A stretch of DNA of 64,000 bases, from positions 72,292,001 through 72,356,000 of the forward strand of contig NC_079170.1 in assembly GCF_947568905.1 (NCBI RefSeq), in the 5' to 3' direction. Both the position numbers and the translations under genes were made by a program. Source of the stretch: Ostrea edulis. Lineage: Eukaryota. Shown here in pieces: positions 1-11,732 of the stretch. Numbering within the stretch: position 1 is the stretch's first letter; every line of letters starts with the position of its first letter. The notes under the pieces were generated by a model. The model searched no databases. It was not told where the DNA came from and worked only from the letters and a program-made list of their open reading frames with translations.

Positions 1-140
1 CTTTTAATATTCTATAGTCAACAACTTAAAAATCTGCTCATTTTAATTTCGTTCGGGTTCGGAATCTTGCAATGGCGGCATGTTCCTGTTATGAGATCTA
101 AACACTCCTCAGGCTCAACAGCTGACTATCTTTCTATTAT

Positions 141-558
141 CAGTGGCGGATTTAAAGAGGGGCGCAGCCAGCGTCCCCTCCTCCCTCTTCTAAATTTTCC
201 AAATTTAAGGTAAATAGTGGTCTTTTGTTTAGAAAAATGTAACCGATAAAAGAAGCAATAATTTCTTCCGTTCTCGGAGAAATGAATGACAAAATCTTTT
301 GATTTATTGGAAGAACTTGTTTTCCAAACACCCTTAAAATTTGCGTAATTTTATTATTTTCACCTGATAGAAAATAGTAAAAATGGCTCCATAGGAGACA
401 TATTTCAAGCCTTATAAAATCTGTAAAATCCAGGGGTTTCGCCTCCTGGGCCCCAACAGGGCTCCGCCCTGGACCCACTGGGGGCTTCAAGGCGGCCCCC
501 AGACCCCTTGCCTCATAAAGTTGCACCCCTTAAACGCGATTCCAGGATCCACCCCCTG
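141..558. mobile_element. Non-autonomous DNA transposon (MITE) with CAG(T/G)GGCGGAT-type termini and 2-bp TSD (CACTA/EnSpm-like or 'DNA2' type)
   Basis: Starts CAGTGGCGGATT and ends GGATCCACCCCCTG (imperfect TIR); flanked by AT on both sides; GC-rich internal block CTGGACCCACTGGGGGCTTCAAGGCGGCCCCCAGACCCC; no coding capacity. Confidence 0.75.
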
Positions 559-647
559 ATGTTATAAGTTTTTTTTTATGGAAATGTAATAAGTTACTTC
601 AAATTGAAATAGATATGATATTTAACTAATGATAAGTAGATAATACA

Positions 648-870
648 GTGTGACCGTCTGTGAAGAGAACCACCCGTATATCTGCTAAGGTATTGCAGTA
701 TTCACTACTCCTCCTAGGCACCTGATTCCATCTCTGGTGTGTCCAGGGGTCCGTGTTTGTCTGATCCCACCTCTGGTGTGTCCAGGGGTCTGTGTTTGCC
801 CAACTATCTATTGTGTATTGCTTATAGGAGTTATGAGATTGATCACTGTTTGTTATCTTCGCCTTTCACA
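648..870 (+). mobile_element. Penelope-like element 3' fragment (two copies of the 39-bp module)
   Basis: Matches the 3' end of the RT-bearing copy at 36969-37710 (tactcctcctaggcacctgat...ggagttatgagattgatcactg...tcttcgcctttca). Confidence 0.8.
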
Positions 871-1139
871 GAAACCTTTCGGGTTTGAATTTTTATTCAT
901 TTTCCATCTTTTTGTCATTCTCTTGCATTTTAACCATATCGTATTCTGTAATTCTAACAAATGTGATTACGAACTGACTTCATTACTCGTTCATTAGGCA
1001 GCTCATCATTCATTCTTCACATAGAAACTTTGGATTGATCTCATCACTTTTCGCCCATTAGATTCTAGTATTTTTCATTTTGAATATGTATGATATCATA
1101 ATTTGTTCCTTATTTGATGATGCATATCTCATTCATAAT

Positions 1140-1725
1140 TTAAAACACGTATTTGATCATTTATACAACACCTCATCATTTAAAAGACATATTTCATTAT
1201 TCAAAACACATTTCATTATTTAAAACACACATCTCATCATTTAAAACACACATTTCATCATTTAAACACATGCCTCATCATTTTAAACACACATCTCATT
1301 ATTTAAAACACACACATATCATTATTTAAACACATATCTCATTAATCAAAACATATCTCATCATTTAAAACACATATCTCGTCATTTAAAACACGCATAT
1401 TTATCATTTAAACACATGCTGCATCATCTAAAACACATATCTCATTATTCCAAACACATCGTATCATTTAAAACACATATCTCATTATTTAAAACACATA
1501 TCATTACTTTAAAAAAAAAACACATCTCATTATCTTAACGCATATCTCATCATTTAAAACACATGCCTCTGCATTTAAAACACATCTAATTATTTAAAAC
1601 ACAATTCTCCGCATTTAAAACACATGCCTCTGCATTTAAAACACATCTCATTATTTAAAACACAATTCTCCTCATTTAAAACACATATCTCATCATTTAA
1701 AACACATATCTCATCATTTAAAACT
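1140..1725. repeat. Degenerate 21-bp minisatellite (CATTTAAAACACATATCTCAT)n
   Basis: About 25 or more recognisable tandem units; most regular at 1670-1715. It explains the HISSFKT repeats in ORF 1624..1881. Confidence 0.9.
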
Positions 1726-1865
1726 TTAACTGTATCTGATCATTTAAAACAGATCTATTTCATAACTTGCTGCTTGATATATCTTACTATTTCTTCCTCG
1801 TGTGATACATATGATTCAGCATTATATTTCATTCAATACACCTATATAACCATTTATCTACCACT

Positions 1866-1915
1866 ACCGCGGTGGTGTTGAGGTACAGCGTTCGTCCCGC
1901 AAGTGGAAGGTCGGG

Positions 1916-1948
<33 letters not shown>

Positions 1949-2174
1949 TAAAACAGGTAGTGGTAGTTCCATCGCCAAACGCTCGGCATCAGTTGTGAAT
2001 GTCACGGGTCCTCGGAGATTACCTTAAAAATGGATGCCCCGTGTCACAGTAGGTGTGGCACACTAAAGAACCCTCACTGCACAATGGCCGTAAGCGCCGA
2101 GCATAGGCCTAGATTTGAAGCCCTTCAAGTGAAAAACTCTTAAGAGGGGCGTTAAACAATATACATTCAATCAA
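1866..2174 (+). mobile_element. tRNA-derived SINE, family A (near full length)
   Basis: Degenerate A-box, B-box GGTTCGAATCCC, central CAGGTAGTG...CCAAACGCTCGGCA domain, body CCCGTGTCACAG...GCCGAGCATAGGCCTA, and tail GTTAAACAATATACATTCAATCAA. Homologous segments recur at least 7 times in the window. Confidence 0.85.
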
Positions 2175-2179
2175 AACCC

Positions 2180-2560
2180 CTCATTTAATACACATATATA
2201 ACCATTTATTCCTCGTTTAAAACACATATATAACCATTTATTCCTCATGTGATACATATACCTCACCATTTATTCCTCATGTAATACACATATATAATAA
2301 TTTATTCCAAATATAATACACATATATACTCATTTATTCCTCATGTAATACACATATAAAATCATTTATTCCTAATATAATACACATGTATAACCATTTA
2401 TTTTTCATTTAATATACACACATAACTATTTATTCCTCATGTAATACACATATATAACCATTTATTCTTGATGTAATACATTTACTTCACCATTTATTCT
2501 TGATGTAATACATTTACTTCACCATTTATTCTTGATGTAATACATTTACTTCACCATTTA
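2180..2560. repeat. 32/33-bp minisatellite (CATTTATTCCTCATGTAATACACATATATAAC)n ending in three homogeneous variant units
   Basis: About 11 tandem units; related units also occur at 1790-1860, left of the SINE. Confidence 0.85.
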
Positions 2561-2612
2561 TTTCTGACCGTTTATTACATTTTCCTCAATCTATCTCAAC
2601 CAGTAATCTCCA

Positions 2613-3108
2613 AGTTCAAGTTCATTTTATTCACTCAAACCACATTATACATGGTACATGAGGTGCATTAAGTAAACATACATTTGAGTAAGAATAAGGT
2701 CAGAATATGTACAAATATACAATATACATGTATTGAAAAAGTATTTACAAAATATATTAAGGAGGACAGACTAACTCATAGATTTTTTAGATAAACATAC
2801 AGAGTTTTTTAAGTGTTTTAACCTTACTGGTTGACATAATTTCATGAAATTTAATAACATTAGGTCTTGTGTAATACCTACTGTGTAGGTATTCTTTTCT
2901 AATATTTGACAAAGCATTGCATTCTAATATATAATGGAATTCGTCTGCAATTTTCGATTCGTTACACAAAACACAAAATCTTTCATTATATGGAATACCA
3001 ATCCATCTACCAGTCTCTATAGGGAGGCGGTGATTTGTGGTGCGAAATTTAAGAAAAATAGTTCTGAATTTTTTGGACAATTTTTCTAAATATTTTTCTG
3101 GTCCAAAG
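2613..3108 (-). mobile_element. 5'-truncated non-LTR retrotransposon (RTE-X-like ORF2 C-terminus plus 3'UTR)
   Basis: EKYL...KFRTTNHRLPIETGRW...ERFCVLC...DEFHYILEC: C-x2-C...H-x4-C C-terminal motif. Tail GAATAAAA(TGAACT)2; 6-bp TSD (tctcca at 2607-2612 and 3109-3114). Clade name from motif memory. Confidence 0.8.
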
Positions 3109-4365
3109 TCTCCAGAACACCATAATTTTGAATTGAAAACTTACAATTCCCTTCTAGTTCTACTATTCAATTTCATTCACTCACTCAAAACCAGAGGTAC
3201 AAGCAAATATATATATACTAGCAAATAAACAAATAAGTATACTAAGGTTACAGTCAGAAAATATGCAAGTATATATCGAAAAATAAACATATAGATCGGT
3301 GTCAGTGCGTCGGTTCAGGAAGAGCAGGCAGCACTAAAATATTTTCTTAACAAACTTTGTCAATGATTTTAAAAATACCACATGTTTTGTATTACTGCGA
3401 ATATGCATTTACATCAATGTATAATCCAAAGCGAAATATTACTGATAGGGGTCCTTAGTACCGGTTAAGTATGAGGACGCATCTATGGTTGGCCGTACAA
3501 GTACAATTAGCACCTTTTACCATCGTGCATAATTAGTACAAATTTTCTCATAATTAACTTCAACAGGACGCGATCAGATTATGATATACTGCACACTGTC
3601 AATTTTTCTGCCAATGTTATAGAGAGTGCTGCCTGGAAATGACATATTTTCTGTGAGAAGTTTTTGTGAATTTCTGTAAAATTTGCTAATTGATTGTCCA
3701 ATCAGAATCGATAAGATTAAGGGCCAGGTGAGGGCGAGACGTCAATTTTTCTTTGGTGTTGTTACCGACTAATTTATCTTTAGTGAATTTCAATTCCTTC
3801 ATGGAGAAAAAGCATTGGATAAGATTATTTACAATACATTTGATTTTCTTTAAAAAATACTAATTTACATTTGATTGGTCGGAAAACCATACTTTATATT
3901 TAGGGAAAGGTTAGCGTTTTATCGTTGTTTTAAATAAGATTATCACAATGCAATTTAAATTACCATAATGCATTTATTTTTTGTTTCCTAAAGGAAAATG
4001 CATTTCGTGATGTACAAAGCTGACAAGAAGGAAATTGATTTCCATAGTAGTCGAAGGATAACAATCAGTAGCGACAACTTATTATCTTTTTCTTTCTTTT
4101 TGTCAAACATTCCAAATATGCATTTGTTGTCCGAGGACGGGACTAATTGCGGGAATCGTAATTCAAATCACTCTGTCGTTTTCTTCGGTTCCCAAATCTT
4201 TGTGTAAAATTAAGCGCAAAAGTCAACCATGCTGGCGTTATTTTCCATTTAGGTCAATGGACTGGATGGTTTCGGTAGTGTTTAACAGGTAGACTTGACA
4301 CAGATATAGTTTTCGAGATATACATGTACATACGGGTACTTTATCTTCTGTCTCTGTTATTCTGT

Positions 4366-4800
4366 TCACAATTCAATCCATTTATTCACTCAAATCATTC
4401 ATAATTGTACATGAGCTAAATAGATACAATTCTATAATTATATAACCATATTGCCAAGGGTACAAGTATATAGATAATACATGCACATATATATGTTCAT
4501 TAGCACAAAATAGACGCAAGCATTTGGTCCATAAATTGTGATGCAATGTCTTTAATTATTGTAAAATGAAAATTAGCGAAACGCTGCGTTGCATCTGTGT
4601 CTACCAAAATATGTTCTCAAGTGCTTTCAAAAATATATATCAATACAGGCTGTATTTGGTAGTTAACCTCTCCAACACATAAATCAAAGACACAAAAGAC
4701 ATGACGCATTCTCTCTATATAAAAAGGGTACGTGTATCATGTTCTGTAAGAATTTGAATGCAATTATACAAATCACAAAGCTAAACAGAATCTGCAATTA
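4366..4800 (-). mobile_element. Degraded RTE-X-like 3' fragment
   Basis: The 3' terminus CATGTACA...TTTGAGTGAATAAA resembles the ends of the copies at 2613 and 10237. The upstream extent is uncertain and there is no intact frame. Confidence 0.35.
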
Positions 4801-7800
4801 ATTTCATGTTTGATATGTAAATACAGTTTTTAATTGTTATTTGGAAAGTAAAGTTGCAATTTTAAGCAAAGAACTCCCGATTGCCTTAAAAATAAGATAG
4901 ATGTAAACATAGTCTTAAAGTACAGGCTCGGGCAACCGTGCGATTTGGACTGACTTGCTGGCTGTGAAAAGAATAACGCTCTTATAGAGGTTTTAAACAT
5001 TAGAAAGTCTGAGGAGTTTCAGACGACCGTCTTCAACAAGTGAGCAGGACATTTTTAAAAAAAAAAATTCCTTAATTATATTACAGATTTATGATTCAGC
5101 TTTCCAGAAGGGTTAGTTTTTGCACACATCAATTAAGTTTGAAAAATGTCATGAAGCATAGGTAAATTGCAATATAAAAATGGTTCCCTGTATTGCCGCT
5201 CTTCGTCTTTTATCAGAGTCTGTAAAGACTGAAAAAAGCATGTATCTAATCAAAAACAGGAATTCATTAGTGAAAATAGTAAAAAAAGAGAACCTTGCAT
5301 TCTGATATTGATGCAAAATAACTGAAATATGCATTTATAAGAATTTAATTATACCACCGTGGAAGCAGCATTAGGTACAAACTATTTTTCTCACGTTTCT
5401 GTAAAAAAAAAAAAAAAAAAAATATCTTTACAAATTTGGACCTGCACAGAAGAGGGTATCATCACGAGTGGAACAATAGAAGATTCTCTGTATAAATGCC
5501 ATAGTGTTATGGTAGTATGTAAACGCAAGTCGAATTAATCTGACTTGGCGCAAAATAACTAGTATTTCAATTTCTATTTATCTGAACACCTAAGATGGTT
5601 TTGGATACTGGTATTTATACACAATATGACGGTACTGCATGCCGGCAGCGCGTAGATCTCTTCTAAGTCTTACACTAGTAGACCATCCAAACGGATACCA
5701 CCATATATGCTAACTCTTACTGATTACTCAGATATAGTATCCACTGATGTCTGTAAACACGTGAAAGTGGAATGAAACATCATTATTGTACTTTAGCAAA
5801 GCCCATTATACATACAGCGCGGCCGTCGCGTAAGGTCACCTTCACTTTGACAATCAAACTCCCTTTTTAAAACATATTTGGACACCAAAAAAATATTTCA
5901 TATTTTATATTCTTGGTCGGACAGCTTGCCTTGTCAGGAATAATGATTAGCAAACATTAAAACCAGACAGTTTCATAATTCGAAAACATATATTTGATAG
6001 GTAATAAATATGATTATTGGATAGTTATGAAGAATTTGTCTGGTAATATCATGCTGGCGACCCATCTCCCATGGTACCGGTCCATAACATGAGGCCCTAT
6101 GCTGAAATGTCTTACATTCCGTCGTGTGAAAACACCCATAAAAGACTCACAGAAAGGCAATATTCAACGGTGCTATGAATATTCGAATAGTGATCAAAGA
6201 CATTTTAGCAGTACTGACTTGCAGTTCTTCCTTTTGGAGTAAAACCTCTTAACTCTCATTAACAGAGATCTGCTTTGTCTATAGGGGTCGAAGTGTATGT
6301 GTTAAAGCACTGTTAGTTCCGTAATGAATTGACATTTAATTGAGCCGCTTAACCAGGAAAAATTCGATAACTGACATAATTTTCAAATTCTTCCAGTAAT
6401 AAACCATTTTGACACACATAAGTATATGCATTTGAACATATTAATTAGCTAACGAACAAAAGTTCAGTTCATAATTATTTCCACACACAGAAATCAGCTG
6501 GTATGAATGTCGTTACGCGTACGCTGTGTGTTGATCTATCAGAATAGTGTAGGACGAGAAATAGACGAAATGATAAATCCATTCTGCGACGTTTGACACG
6601 ACGGAAGCGGACGTGATCGTGGAATTATCAAAGATACTAACCCATACATACCCTTCTTATTCAGACTTCTTTTTAAACATTTTCATTTTTAATGTCTGCT
6701 TCTTTTCCACGTATTTATTTAGAATTAAAGCCCTATTCTCACACAAGTCATTCGAAAGAAACGAGGTTTTAATATTTCACTTTTTCTTTGGCGTTGCTAA
6801 TTATTGTCGCAATTGGTCCAATACTTGTTAATTCTGTTTAACGATATATCGTCAAAGCTTTCTTTCTTTCTTTTTTTTTTTTGGCTTAGGCCAGATGTCC
6901 AAACTTCGGTCCCAATTAACCAAATCAATCTATCATGTACCAGTTCGGACGTAATTAGTAAAGAGTCCTTCACTCAAAGGCAGGTATTTGGGCCACGGGT
7001 TATGTTTGTGCTACCTCCTTTTGAGACAGATATGCAGCTTGATTAGAATTTCCCAAGGATTTAAGCCACGAAAAAAAAAGGTCTTCTTTAATACAATCTC
7101 TGTAATATATCTAAGGTTTTTAACCATTTATCAACGATCTTTATTTGATTTGAATCTATAGATATGTAGAGAGAAAACAATTGAAAGTTTTACAGTCATT
7201 GTGTTATTATGGGAAACAAGAAACATAGAAGAGCATTCACGCCATGAAAAAAATTAAAAGAATTCGCTATCAGAGAGGTATTCATTCACGCTCATTGGGT
7301 TTCTGCTTGTGCTTTTTCACCATAATCGCCTATTCAGTTTGATATACATTGTGTCCACCTTCGTAGTGTGAATCGCTCATCCTAATGACAGGCACTTTAG
7401 CAAAAACAATAAGCTTTCTCACTTTTTTAAACCTTTCACTTTACCTTAAAAGCATACCTGTGAATTGTTAGCCGAGAAAATGCCTTCTCGTGTATGCAAT
7501 ATCTCGATTAACGGAACGCTCAGATTCACTTTAATTCTATTTCATGATCCTATCGCCAGTGGAATGCAGACGAAAAAGATTTAAGGGCCTAAATTTGGGT
7601 AGAAATATACAAAATAAATTCCAATCACCTGTTTTCTGATAAGAGTTACTGACGTAATTTTTAAAAGAATTGCTAATGTTACAAGAATTACGGAATCAAT
7701 ATATATAACTCAGAGCTGTTGACGCGAGGGGCACACATGAACAGCAGACATAATCTGTAAATTGTTTTAGTTACTATGATAATTGTAAGATAGAACGTCA

Positions 7801-9134
7801 TTAAAAAAAATCCCAAATCGAACTTTATACAAATTCTGTACATCAAACTGTAGCCTAAAAATTTCCACACCATTCTTTCTCATTTCTTGTGATCAATATT
7901 GATGAATTACGGAATTCAAGACAAGAAGATATATCCAAGGGTTGGTGCCCTTTGACTTCATACCTGAGTATCTATAGTCAATATGGCTCCAGAATCTGTT
8001 GGACTTCAGAAGGAGATCTTTTTTTTCTCTAGTTTGGTTTTGGGTGTATTTTGTGTGGTTGTTTGTTTGGGTTTTTTTTCATTTTGTTTGTGGATTTTTT
8101 GTTATTTGTTTTTTTTTTTGGGGGGGGGGGGGTTCCGCTCGTTTTTTTAAAATCTTATTTGAAGGGACAGCAATGCTGCTGCAAATTACTCTTTGATTTT
8201 TCCTCAGCCTATTTGTATTCTGTTGCATCAGGTTGTACGAACATTCCTATTATTTCATGCAAACATTGATAAGATATAATGCGACAGTTTTTTGGAAAGT
8301 CAGATATAATATAGTAAATTAAACGAAAAGTGGTGTTAGGTGCTAACATAAATGTATTCGTGGCAACAGTTTAAAAAAAATTAGAATTAGATTGTTTTGA
8401 TAATAATTTGGAATTTGTGCATGCCCTTTCGTTTTCTACAAGTTTATCTGTCAAATTAATAAAATTACTAGCATCAATGAATTTCAGGCAGAAATTTGGA
8501 TTTCTTACGAATGTACATGTACATTACATGTATGTAAATATATAAATATATTTTATATGTAAATGTATTTATGCATATTTTACGAACATTCTTATAGATA
8601 TCATTTTCAGCACGGACACATTTGTTTCTCACCAATCTTTCACATTTTGCAATGTGTAAAATTAGTGAATCATTCGTCATTGTTTGCGCAGTATGACAGA
8701 AATTCGAGTTCGCTGTGACTGCGCATTATTGTTGTATTAGTCCTACACAACCACCATACCAAATGATACAACTCTGCTGTGTAAATACATTGAAAAGGGC
8801 TAATAAAGGTCTGGATTTGGTAGTCCTGTCTTGTGCCTGAGAAATTTTCTGTTGGTTTCTTATTGTTTTATTCTCTTCAGTTTTGAAAATGTGATCCTTT
8901 CATAATTCGTGCACATGTTTGATACCGTGATCGACCCCCAAAGCCTATTATTCTATATATTTGGAAGTACGGTAAAGAGGTCTGGTGACCCGACTCACAA
9001 CGCAACACGTGTAAAGGTGTAGACTCGTTTTCATATTGATGAGTAGGGTAGTTGAAGAAAACAATGTTGCGCTTTCTGACTTCCGGTTACGACAAAGAGG
9101 CGGTTGTGCTCTATCTGTAGTACCAGCTTCGTTT

Positions 9135-9690
9135 GTACTATCGATATCGTAGTATTACATTAGTACTATTGATATCGTAGTATTACATTAGTACTATTGA
9201 TATCGTAGTATTACATTAGTACTATTGATATCGTAGTAATACATTAGTACTATTGATATCGTAGTATTACATTAGTACTATTGATATCGTAGTATTACAT
9301 TAGTACTATTGATATCGTAGTATTATATTAGTACTATTGATATCGTAGTATTACATTAGTACTATTGATATCGTAGTATTACATTAGTACTATTGATATC
9401 GTAGTATTATATTAGTACTATTGATATCGTAGTATTACATTAGTACTATCGATATCGTAGTATTACATTAGTACTATTGATATCGTAGTATTATATTAGT
9501 ACTATTGATATCGTAGTATTACATTAGTACTATCGATATCGTAGTATTACATTAGTACTATTGATATCGTAGTATTACATTAGTACTATTGATATCGTAG
9601 TATTACATTAGTACTATTGATATCGTAGTATTACATTAGTACTATTGATATCGTAGTATTACATTAGTACTATTTATATCGTAGTATTAC
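9135..9690. repeat. 28-bp minisatellite (GTACTATTGATATCGTAGTATTACATTA)x~20
   Basis: 19 full units and one partial unit, nearly identical, with no spacers. Confidence 0.97.
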
Positions 9691-9850
9691 AAGCATTTGA
9701 AGTCCCCAGTGTCAGTTGTCTTTTATTTGATTATAATTGTTGATATGTATATCTAAAGGTTTGCAAACCAGGGATTGTACTACGCGTTCAGAAATGAGCT
9801 TGACGTCAATCCCAGTCTCTCTCAACATCTTAATTTGAAAGCACTGGAGT

Positions 9851-10237
9851 TATGTGTTTTATGTAATGAAACAAAAATTGCAGATGAATATCATTTTGTA
9901 TTAGAGTGTAGTGCTTTATCCAGTATAAGAAAAGAATACCTACATAGAAAATATTGTACGAGACCAAATGTAATGAAATTTTATGAAATCATGTCAACGA
10001 ATAATGTTAAAAGCCTGAAAAACCTGTGCACGTTTATTTTAAAGATATACGAATTAGTATGTTCGCCTAACACTTAACTTCAAATTTTTGTACATATTTA
10101 TGTATATATTCCACTTTGTTTATTTGCATACCTATATGCATCCTCTGACGTTACTTGTATTGATACATGAAATTTTTCATTGTACCCCATGTACCATTTC
10201 CATTGTGGTTTGAGCGAATAAAATGAAATAAAATGAA
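9851..10237 (+). mobile_element. 5'-truncated RTE-X-like retrotransposon (second copy)
   Basis: CVLCNETKIADEYHFVLEC...RPNVMKF; 46/63 aa identical to the 2787..3080 frame. Shared 3' end TGTGGTTTGAG(C/T)GAATAAAATGAA; TSD tggagt at 9845-9850 and 10238-10243. Confidence 0.8.
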
Positions 10238-10538
10238 TGGAGTCTGTTATTTGGGTTATTTTGTGTTTTGTACCAATGCATTTTTCTTTCATTTTTGCAG
10301 TGGTTTATTCGTTTATTTATTTTCAACCTCTTGGTGTTTGTCTTCAGTTATTGTATTGTTGCACTGTGCAATGCAGTCTTCCGGGATCGTATGATGGCCG
10401 ATGTTCTTTCCTTCCATCCGGCCCCCTCCTCGGAATTTGCTGCTCCCGTTTAAAAAGTTAAGTTTGAACAAGTATTGAAGCAAGTTATTATGCTTCAATA
10501 TCAAAGAAAACATTGAGACTTTTGTATATTTCATACAA

Positions 10539-10544
10539 TTTATT
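10539..10544 (-). terminator. Candidate polyadenylation signal AATAAA of the P450 (3'UTR about 0.9 kb)
   Basis: AATAAA on the minus strand about 0.9 kb after the stop, followed about 30 nt downstream by a U/GU-rich tract (tgttttctttg). Usage is unverified. Confidence 0.35.
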
Positions 10545-11444
10545 TATAACAAATGGTAACAACCTCAAAAGGCTGTATAAAGCACCTTGGATCTGACATA
10601 TCTTAAATTGGACGTTAAATAAATTATCAATAACTTAAAAAATAAATAAATGATATTTTACAAATGCTTAACATGGAGACGAATGGGAAAAACATGAAAT
10701 ATAATCATGTTCTAAAATGTGGCATGGCGAAAATAATTTACAACATGTCTTCTAGTGACATTTCACAATTGTCAATTCATGATATACAAAAATAAAAGTT
10801 TTGTTGATGCAAAGTATTCGAATGTGTTCACAATGACATCACAAAAGGTATCAATTTGTCCAAATTGGCAAAACTGTTAACATATCTATCATCACAAGAA
10901 CTACAAACGATTTAGGGACAAAAACTGCTTTGAGTTCTAATATAATCTTGAGACAACAACAGGAGATTCAAGTTTCTTCTTCGAACTCGTTAAGATTGTG
11001 GAGATTCAAAAAATAAATTCAACTACAACCATGGCCTTTTGCCATAATCTTCTCAAACTGTATTTGCACGTGTACCCGTAAAACGTAGAAAATTGGGATT
11101 ATGCTTAAATGCTAGTCATATCTATCGCATCCAAACAAAACATGAGGAGATGAAATTTTCTCGAAATGTATGATAAAATGTTCTTCTGACTCGCAAACAC
11201 ACATATCAGATACTCACAAAACTATTGGGACCTGTTTATGCAAAATATGTGATAATTTTGTAAGTTCTACTGGCGTAAAAAAAAAAAACCACATCACAAC
11301 CTTGGTACAAGCATTCATTCATAACCTCTCATTCATTCTCTCACTCACCTGATTTCAAGCAGAAAAACATTCATCCCTCAATCTTACACTCATTGGTCAA
11401 TAAATAATTTAAACACAACCACTGAACGTGATAAAAATTGTCCA

Positions 11445-11732
11445 TTAAACATATATTAATTTTTTGTGTCCTTGTCGTAATCTGTAGCGAATTTGAACAT
11501 CATTGGTGGGGGGTAGAATTTCGTGTCCGTGATAATTCACATCACACTCGGTTTTCTCTCCTTCACACAGCTCAAAGTCAAATGCATTCACCAAGGATAA
11601 CATAAACCACTTGGCTTGGCACATGGCGTACTTCTTTCCTGGACACAAGGAACCGAAAGCCAAGATGGGGTTCTTCACTTCTCTTCCATTCTTGTAAAAA
11701 GTGGCATCGACGAACCTGTCATATTTGTATTC
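11445..11732 (-). CDS. CYP7-like: P450 coding exon 4 (EYKYDRF...FGSLCPG...KKLIYV*)
   Basis: Acceptor tctgttacag at 11733; heme Cys codon 11645-11643; stop TAA at 11447-11445. Confidence 0.95.
   Translation of the reverse strand, partial: EYKYDRFVDATFYKNGREVKNPILAFGSLCPGKKYAMCQAKWFMLSLVNAFDFELCEGEKTECDVNYHGHEILPPTNDVQIRYRLRQGHKKLIYV

Noticed and set aside
152-526. 124-aa ORF
   Set aside because: Lies inside the MITE and has no protein motifs.
8881-8971. Plus-strand exon-like segment with a good acceptor and GTAAAG donor
   Set aside because: All three frames contain stops and no partner exons were found; splice-like motifs are frequent in AT-rich DNA.
9135-9690. CRISPR-like appearance of the 28-, 31- and 48-bp repeats (also 17876-18060 and 40459-40731)
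   Set aside because: The units are head-to-tail with no unique spacers, no cas genes are present, and the context is eukaryotic.
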